From Psychrobacter sp. DM4 (lineage in GTDB: Bacteria > Pseudomonadota > Gammaproteobacteria > Pseudomonadales > Moraxellaceae), in contig NZ_CP195536.1 in the NCBI RefSeq assembly GCF_051307035.1, positions 2,310,001 through 2,342,000 on the forward strand: a DNA stretch of 32,000 nt, written 5' to 3'. Made by a program: the position numbers and the translations under genes. The notes beneath the pieces are model-generated. The model worked only from the letters and a program-made list of their open reading frames with translations. It searched no databases and was not told where the DNA came from. The stretch's first letter is position 1, and each line of letters opens with the position of its first letter. This document shows, one piece after another, positions 26,891-32,000 of this stretch.

Positions 26891-27544
26891 ATGAGCAAAA
26901 AAAGACACTTGGATCTTAGTGAGCGTTTTGCAGCGCATCTATCAGCTATCAATGAAAGCGTTGCACCTAACATTGCCTTGACACTTTGGCAAGATATTGC
27001 GACTCGTTATAGCGAGCATACCCGCGCTTATCATACCTTGGAGCATTTAACGCAGCTGTTCAGCCAGTTTGATAAGATAAAAGACGCGCTTGCCCAGCCT
27101 GATATCGTGGCGCTAGCGGTGTACTATCATGATGTAATATATGACCCTAGGCGCTCAGATAACGAGCTTAAAAGCGCGGAATACGTTCAAGAGAAATTAC
27201 ACTCTTGCCTTGATTCCAAACAGTGCCAACGTATCTATGAGTTAATTATCATGACCGCAAATCACAACGTCATAGGTGCTGATAACAGCCTTGATGCTGC
27301 TTATTTACTTGATATGGATTTGAGTATTTTGGGTGCGCCGTGGATGGATTATGAGCAGTATGCGCAGGCGGTACGCAAAGAATACGCTCATGTGCCAAAG
27401 GCGAACTATCGCACTGGGCGGATAGCGGTATTGGAGAGTCTACTTGCACATCCTAAGCTCTATCTGACAGAGCATTATGATCAGCTAGAGTCTCAGGCAC
27501 GCAGCAATATCAGACGCGAGATTATTTTGCTTGCAGACTCATAA
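26891..27544 (+). CDS. HD-superfamily predicted metal-dependent phosphohydrolase (COG4339-like)
   Basis: The ATG at 26891 is 1 nt after the oxyR stop. Motifs YHTLEH...YYHDVIYD...DMDLS are present. The track start at 26813 overlaps oxyR and is rejected. Confidence 0.75.
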   Translation: MSKKRHLDLSERFAAHLSAINESVAPNIALTLWQDIATRYSEHTRAYHTLEHLTQLFSQFDKIKDALAQPDIVALAVYYHDVIYDPRRSDNELKSAEYVQEKLHSCLDSKQCQRIYELIIMTANHNVIGADNSLDAAYLLDMDLSILGAPWMDYEQYAQAVRKEYAHVPKANYRTGRIAVLESLLAHPKLYLTEHYDQLESQARSNIRREIILLADS

Positions 27545-28124
27545 ATAGCTCACTGCCTTGACGCGCTGGATGAGAGTTGGTGCTGGTCTCCATAACATCA
27601 ATGTTGAAATACGGCGCAAAACGCTTTTGATACTCCTTAAGCGTACCACCAAACGGCGGTTCATCTCGACCAAAATCAACGTTGAACAGTAAACCTATGA
27701 GCTTGCCATTAGGCTTAAGTAACGCTGCCATTTGCTCGACATACTCATCACGGCGCGACGGATTAATCGCACAAAAAAACGTCTGTTCAAGTATCCAATC
27801 GAACTGATAGTCCTTGGGCGACAATTCAAAAAAGTCTGCACAGATTGAATGCTCTGCTGGAAAATCAGGATAGCGCTTAGCGAAATCCTTAATGGGCGCT
27901 GGTGCGAAGTCGACTAAAACGACGTTAGTAAATCCTTGCTCATGCAAATAGCCAACCTCATAAGCATTACCCGCACCCGGCACCAAGATCCTCTGGTCTT
28001 TGGTAGATTCTGGCAACTGGTCGATATAGGCTTTTAGTGGTGGTGAGACTTGTCCCATATCCCACTGTATGCTGCCCGACTCATAACGCTGCTGCCAAAA
28101 CTCAGGCTGGTTAACGTTGTCCAT
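27522..28124 (-). CDS. TPMT-family (thiopurine/thiol/halide-type) SAM-dependent methyltransferase
   Basis: AGGAA RBS. It has the N-terminal FWQQRYESGSIQWDMGQVSPPL block and the SAM motif ILVPGAGNAYEVGYL. Its 3' end overlaps the convergent HD gene by 23 nt. Confidence 0.8.
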   Translation of the reverse strand: MDNVNQPEFWQQRYESGSIQWDMGQVSPPLKAYIDQLPESTKDQRILVPGAGNAYEVGYLHEQGFTNVVLVDFAPAPIKDFAKRYPDFPAEHSICADFFELSPKDYQFDWILEQTFFCAINPSRRDEYVEQMAALLKPNGKLIGLLFNVDFGRDEPPFGGTLKEYQKRFAPYFNIDVMETSTNSHPARQGSELFMSLQAK

Positions 28125-28151
28125 AACGCATTCCTGTCTTGATACACAAGT

Positions 28152-28814
28152 TTAATCCAACTGCCTTGATTGTCCTGCCAACATGTCATGCCACTGCTGA
28201 TACTCTGGCATTGCTGCCCTCACCGTGTGCCAAAATGCGGCGCTATGATTGGGATGATGCAAGTGGCATAGCTCATGAACGATCACGTATTCAGTACACT
28301 CAATAGCATACGCTGGCAAGTAGACAGATAGCCAGACTCGGCTCTCTCTAGTATTGCAACTGCCCCATCGGGTGTGCATTTTTTTGAATCTGACTTCACG
28401 GGCCTTTGCGCCGACGATGGGCTGCCATTTATTGAATAAGGCAGGCGTTACTTTTGCTAGTTGCTGGCGATAGTAAGCGATCTTTTCATCATGATTTAAG
28501 ATCAGCGCTTGCGGCTCGCCCCACAATAGTAAATTATTACTCACAGCTGATGATTCAGAAAACGGTGTCTGCTGATGCTGCGCTAATACTTGCGCATGAT
28601 TGTCTATTGCCCAAGACACGCGCTTATCAATGGCCTGCGCGGCTTGTTCATGACTAATAAATAGAGGTATAGAGACGTTCAGCTGATAAGGTTTTAAGCG
28701 AAAATTGATATTCTTGACGCGTTTTTGACTGATGTTCAATTGGATGTCTGCTGCCGCCAACTGCTCAGCAGCATTAGCCAATAACGAGATGGGGATGAGC
28801 CTGCTTTTATTCAT
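28152..28814 (-). CDS. YgjP-like (DUF45) HExxH metal-dependent hydrolase
   Basis: C-terminal VIVHELCHLHHPNHSAAFW (HExxH...H) plus RWGSC upstream, typical of the DUF45/YgjP family. Its start overlaps the DUF1513 stop within ATGAATAA. Confidence 0.8.
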   Translation of the reverse strand: MNKSRLIPISLLANAAEQLAAADIQLNISQKRVKNINFRLKPYQLNVSIPLFISHEQAAQAIDKRVSWAIDNHAQVLAQHQQTPFSESSAVSNNLLLWGEPQALILNHDEKIAYYRQQLAKVTPALFNKWQPIVGAKAREVRFKKMHTRWGSCNTRESRVWLSVYLPAYAIECTEYVIVHELCHLHHPNHSAAFWHTVRAAMPEYQQWHDMLAGQSRQLD

Positions 28815-30339
28815 CAGCTACCGACCATGCTAGCGCTTGCAAATGATTATCAAAAGACATTGCGTGCTGCTGACTATGGGTCATGATAGGGTCTTTGTTA
28901 GAATCCTGATTCTCTTTTGTACTACTGCTTAGGGTAGTTAAATGACCGTTTCCATCACTAACGATAAAGCCGGGTTTTTCGGTATTTAATGCTACACCTG
29001 CGCAATCTGGCAGAGTTACTGTATCTATAAGTGCGTGCGTCTTTAAATCAAAGATAGCTGCGCAGCCGCCCATTGGCGTTGCCACGCATATCTGGTTTTG
29101 CGCGCTATCGACAGCTATGCTGGCGATATACTGATGAAAAACATGCCACTGACCATTAGGCATAATCAAAGGGGTAAATTCAGTATCGCCACGCCTGTGG
29201 ATCAGTACGAGTGGTACGTTGATATGGCGCTCGCCTTGGTACTGAATACCAATGGCTACTGTACCGTCATCATGGATAGCGAGATGGCGTACGCTCATCT
29301 GACTATGCTCAGGAATGACTTGCTCTAATAATTGACCGTCATGGCAGCTTATATACACTAACGAGGGTTGCATGCTATCGAGATTAAGCTCTTCACGAGA
29401 TGCCTGTTCAGTTTTGATTCCACCATTAGCGATAATCAGCGTTTGATTGTCTGGATGCATAATCAGCTCGTGCGGGCCAATTCCATACGAGTCAAACTCT
29501 CTAATTTTTCGGTAATTATCATCGATAGCGTAACTACCTATCTTGCCTGTCAAAGTAACCGTATCGTTCTCTGTCACATACAGTCGCTGACCGTCCAAGC
29601 TATAGCAGGCATGCCCATAAAAGTGACGATCAGCTGAGGCTTCGATAGCGTGTTTGACTTTTCCTGTAGCAGCATCTAATACCCAGAATGTCTCACTTGG
29701 GCGGCGTCCCATAACGACGACGTCGCCGCTTTGCTTATCGAGTTGCTTTTGATCCTTAGCCATAGGTTGAACGACGATATCATGCACGCGCTCAGGCATT
29801 GTCGTCTGCCAGACAAGCTGTCTTTGTGCATCGATACCCACTACGCCAAAATCATTCTCGTCGTTATTTTCACTCGCTGGCATAGTCTTTGGCATAGAAG
29901 CCACACCGCTGACCCAGCATACGGGACGCGCTATCCTAGTAGTCGTATGCAAGGCAGCTAATTTGTGATCAACTTTAGAATGACTAAAAATAGTTTCATC
30001 ATGGTTTAGGTACGTCTGTTTTGCAGCATGGTAAGACTGTTGCAAACGCGTCAGCTGCTTAGTCGGTCTTAAGTCTCCTACAAACGACGGTGAAGAAACG
30101 ATGGCATCTATACGCGTTTGAACACCTGCTATATAGTCCTGTATCCGCGCCTTAGGATGACGGCGTTTACGATACTGATGATGCATACCAACCAATATAG
30201 AAGTACCAAACAGTGTTAGAGCCGATGTTTTTATCAGCTCATAACAGAGTCGTTTGCCTGAGCGCCTATGATCTTGCACATAAAGGTTATCCGCATTATT
30301 GACACCATTTATCGCAGCTTTAGTCTTCAAAATAGTCAT
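28807..30339 (-). CDS. DUF1513 beta-propeller-like protein with a ~150-aa N-terminal extension
   Basis: The C-terminal ~350 aa carry DUF1513 blocks (HFYGHACYSLDG, GIGPHELIMHPD, IIANGGIKT, SVRHLAIH). The N-terminus has an RR-containing segment, one hydrophobic helix and a very basic stretch. Confidence 0.8.
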   Translation of the reverse strand: MTILKTKAAINGVNNADNLYVQDHRRSGKRLCYELIKTSALTLFGTSILVGMHHQYRKRRHPKARIQDYIAGVQTRIDAIVSSPSFVGDLRPTKQLTRLQQSYHAAKQTYLNHDETIFSHSKVDHKLAALHTTTRIARPVCWVSGVASMPKTMPASENNDENDFGVVGIDAQRQLVWQTTMPERVHDIVVQPMAKDQKQLDKQSGDVVVMGRRPSETFWVLDAATGKVKHAIEASADRHFYGHACYSLDGQRLYVTENDTVTLTGKIGSYAIDDNYRKIREFDSYGIGPHELIMHPDNQTLIIANGGIKTEQASREELNLDSMQPSLVYISCHDGQLLEQVIPEHSQMSVRHLAIHDDGTVAIGIQYQGERHINVPLVLIHRRGDTEFTPLIMPNGQWHVFHQYIASIAVDSAQNQICVATPMGGCAAIFDLKTHALIDTVTLPDCAGVALNTEKPGFIVSDGNGHLTTLSSSTKENQDSNKDPIMTHSQQHAMSFDNHLQALAWSVADE

Positions 30340-30342
30340 GAC

Positions 30343-31497
30343 CTAATCACCATCGTTACTATTAAAACCAACACGAACTCCTAAAGTTGGAATAAGCTCA
30401 CGTTTTATGAGCCGCGTCATTGTCGTGAAATGATCGAACAGCGCCTGCTGCTCAGCCTTGTCTGCGTCAGCGATATCCTCTGGCATTTGCGCAAGTATGG
30501 CTGTGGTATCGCTAAGCGCGGTGGAGAGAGTATCACTGACTTGGCTCTCGTTATTGCGCCCGAGCATAGCGACCAGAGCTGGATCGGTAAGCGCTTGATT
30601 CAGCGTATCTACTTTCGCTGTGATAATAGAGCGACTTTGCTCAGCAGTCGCTGCTGGCAGATGACCTTTTGTAGACCCTGTAATCCCTAACGGCTGATCG
30701 ATAGCGTTGGTTTTTGTGATTTCAACGAGCGATAGCAGTGCATTGAACCATTGATTTAGTCCCTGATCACTGTCCGCTGTTTTATCGATGGCAAGTAGCG
30801 TTGTGGCATTGTCGCGCCAGTTATTTTCGATAGCTTTTAGACGAGTGCTCAAGGCACCACTGGCGCTAATAACATAGGCACATTGAGCGCCGTCTAGACT
30901 ATCATTAGCGTGTAGCGCCTCTTCAAGTCCTGGTATCCCTTGTACAATAGCGCTTTCATTCTCTAGCTGCGCAGCTGTTAGTGTAGGATTGGCGGCGATC
31001 AGATCAGCGACGCCACTATGCACTACTCCGCGCTCATCAGGATAATAGTTGACGTATAAGTTACTCATACTGTCAGTTGCAGGACCGAAGTTAATCATCT
31101 CAGCACTGGCCCAAGCTTGCGCAAGTAGTAACCACTGATCACGCATCTTTTGTAATGCATTTCCACTTACTGGCGCTTGCTGGCAGCTCTGTTGTGCAAG
31201 CTTTTGCAATTGTGCGCTCTGCTTGGCAGTATTTGCATAGGCTGGAATCACGATATCATTAGCAACATGAGTTAAATACGTGCTCGCAGTTTCAGCGCTA
31301 ATGTCTATAGCCTCGATCTGTTCACTACTGCCAGCCGCAGCTTTAGCTTTAGTCGGTTCTTGAGTAACCTTTTGATTGTCCATATCAGTAGCTGTATTAT
31401 CATCAGCAGGTTTGACGCAGCTGACCAGTAGCCCAGCACTCAAAGCGGATAACACCATCACTAAGCCATGATTGATTTTCATAAAGTTCTCGGTCAT
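30343..31497 (-). CDS. Imelysin-family (peptidase M75-like) lipoprotein
   Basis: Signal peptide with lipobox LLVSC, and an all-helical Ala/Gln-rich sequence typical of imelysin-like proteins. It sits between DUF1111 and DUF1513 as in the conserved cluster. The start is the ATG at 31497 or 31482. Confidence 0.7.
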   Translation of the reverse strand: MTENFMKINHGLVMVLSALSAGLLVSCVKPADDNTATDMDNQKVTQEPTKAKAAAGSSEQIEAIDISAETASTYLTHVANDIVIPAYANTAKQSAQLQKLAQQSCQQAPVSGNALQKMRDQWLLLAQAWASAEMINFGPATDSMSNLYVNYYPDERGVVHSGVADLIAANPTLTAAQLENESAIVQGIPGLEEALHANDSLDGAQCAYVISASGALSTRLKAIENNWRDNATTLLAIDKTADSDQGLNQWFNALLSLVEITKTNAIDQPLGITGSTKGHLPAATAEQSRSIITAKVDTLNQALTDPALVAMLGRNNESQVSDTLSTALSDTTAILAQMPEDIADADKAEQQALFDHFTTMTRLIKRELIPTLGVRVGFNSNDGD

Positions 31498-31543
31498 TTA
31501 GAGTTTATAGTTAGTCTTAGGGTTTGGAGGGATAAGCGATAGC

Positions 31544-32000
31544 TTATAACGACTTTAAGAATGCATTAAGCTCGGCGCGGCCTTGTTTATCAAGTTTAAG
31601 TACTTTTTGCTTTTGCGCCTCAGCTTCGCCGCCATGCCACAGTACCGCCTCCATCAAAGTGCGAGCGCGGCCATCATGCAAAAACGTCGCTTGCGAGTCG
31701 ACCGTTTGTGCCAAACCTATACCCCAAAGCGCTGGGGTGCGCCACTCATACGAGTTAGCCAAGAACTCTACTTGTGCATTTTTAGGTGGCAGCTTGCCTG
31801 CGATAGTGCGATCTGCCAATTCATCACCCATGTCGTGAAGCAATAAGTCCGTATAAGGATAGATGACTTGCCCGTGCTGCTCAAGATGATCATCGTCAGT
31901 TTTTGGCAACACGTATCTTGGCGTATGACAGCTTTGACAGCCTATGTCATAAAAGCGCTGTTTGCCCGCTAGTACTATCTCGCTTTCCGCATCACGGCGA
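31544..32000 (-). CDS. Di-haem cytochrome c peroxidase-like oxidoreductase (DUF1111), C-terminal part; the ORF continues past the window edge
   Basis: The frame is open to position 31999. There is a haem-binding CQSCH motif at about 31924-31938, and the C-terminal blocks FLHDGRARTLMEAVLWHGGEA are typical of DUF1111. The track TTG start at 31912 is internal. Confidence 0.8.
   Translation of the reverse strand, partial: RRDAESEIVLAGKQRFYDIGCQSCHTPRYVLPKTDDDHLEQHGQVIYPYTDLLLHDMGDELADRTIAGKLPPKNAQVEFLANSYEWRTPALWGIGLAQTVDSQATFLHDGRARTLMEAVLWHGGEAEAQKQKVLKLDKQGRAELNAFLKSL

Noticed and set aside
1-32000. Window-wide look for defence islands, toxin-antitoxin pairs, CRISPR arrays, IS elements, prophage remnants or long repeats
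   Set aside because: Nothing was found. There are no nuclease, helicase, ATPase-type defence or recombinase genes, no spaced direct-repeat arrays and no terminal inverted repeats. The only duplicated sequence above chance is the ahpF 3' ghost reported in the findings.

Overview
This window looks like ordinary chromosome from an AT-leaning gammaproteobacterium. The protein repertoire and gene order resemble Moraxellaceae (Psychrobacter/Acinetobacter-like), but that is inference only. I can support about 40 protein genes, one tRNA-Gly(GCC), several hairpin terminators and one gene-fragment scar. I found no rRNA, CRISPR array, transposase, integrase or recognisable defence genes. Gene order, left to right: ygfB <> zapB-like-zapA; a small zinc-ribbon membrane protein; glyQ-gfa-glyS; a PspC-domain protein; nadR-pnuC; DUF962; tRNA-Gly; an M48 lipoprotein; a BolA-like protein; a SirB2-like protein; a lipoprotein. 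Next comes a sulfur-stress locus: trxC <- methyltransferase <- type-II persulfide-dioxygenase-like MBL <> YgaV/BigR-like ArsR regulator -> SulP -> two DUF442 genes. It is followed by lysR <> GST; a BASS transporter; an AGCS symporter; a peroxide locus (ahpF, DUF465, ahpC <> oxyR-HD protein); a TPMT-like methyltransferase; and a YgjP-like hydrolase coupled to a DUF1513-imelysin-DUF1111 cluster that runs off the right edge. I do not see a convincing wholly new system. The three observations most worth follow-up are: (1) a 54-nt ghost of the ahpF 3' end next to the ancestral-looking terminator, differing from the live gene only at synonymous sites, which suggests allelic replacement by illegitimate recombination; (2) the divergent persulfide-response locus with an unusual mix of parts (SulP, two unfused DUF442 paralogs, a SAM methyltransferase, and a CQPC thioredoxin-2); (3) the N-terminally extended DUF1513 gene translationally coupled to a YgjP-type HExxH hydrolase. 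All product calls come from reading motifs in the translations. No database search was possible.
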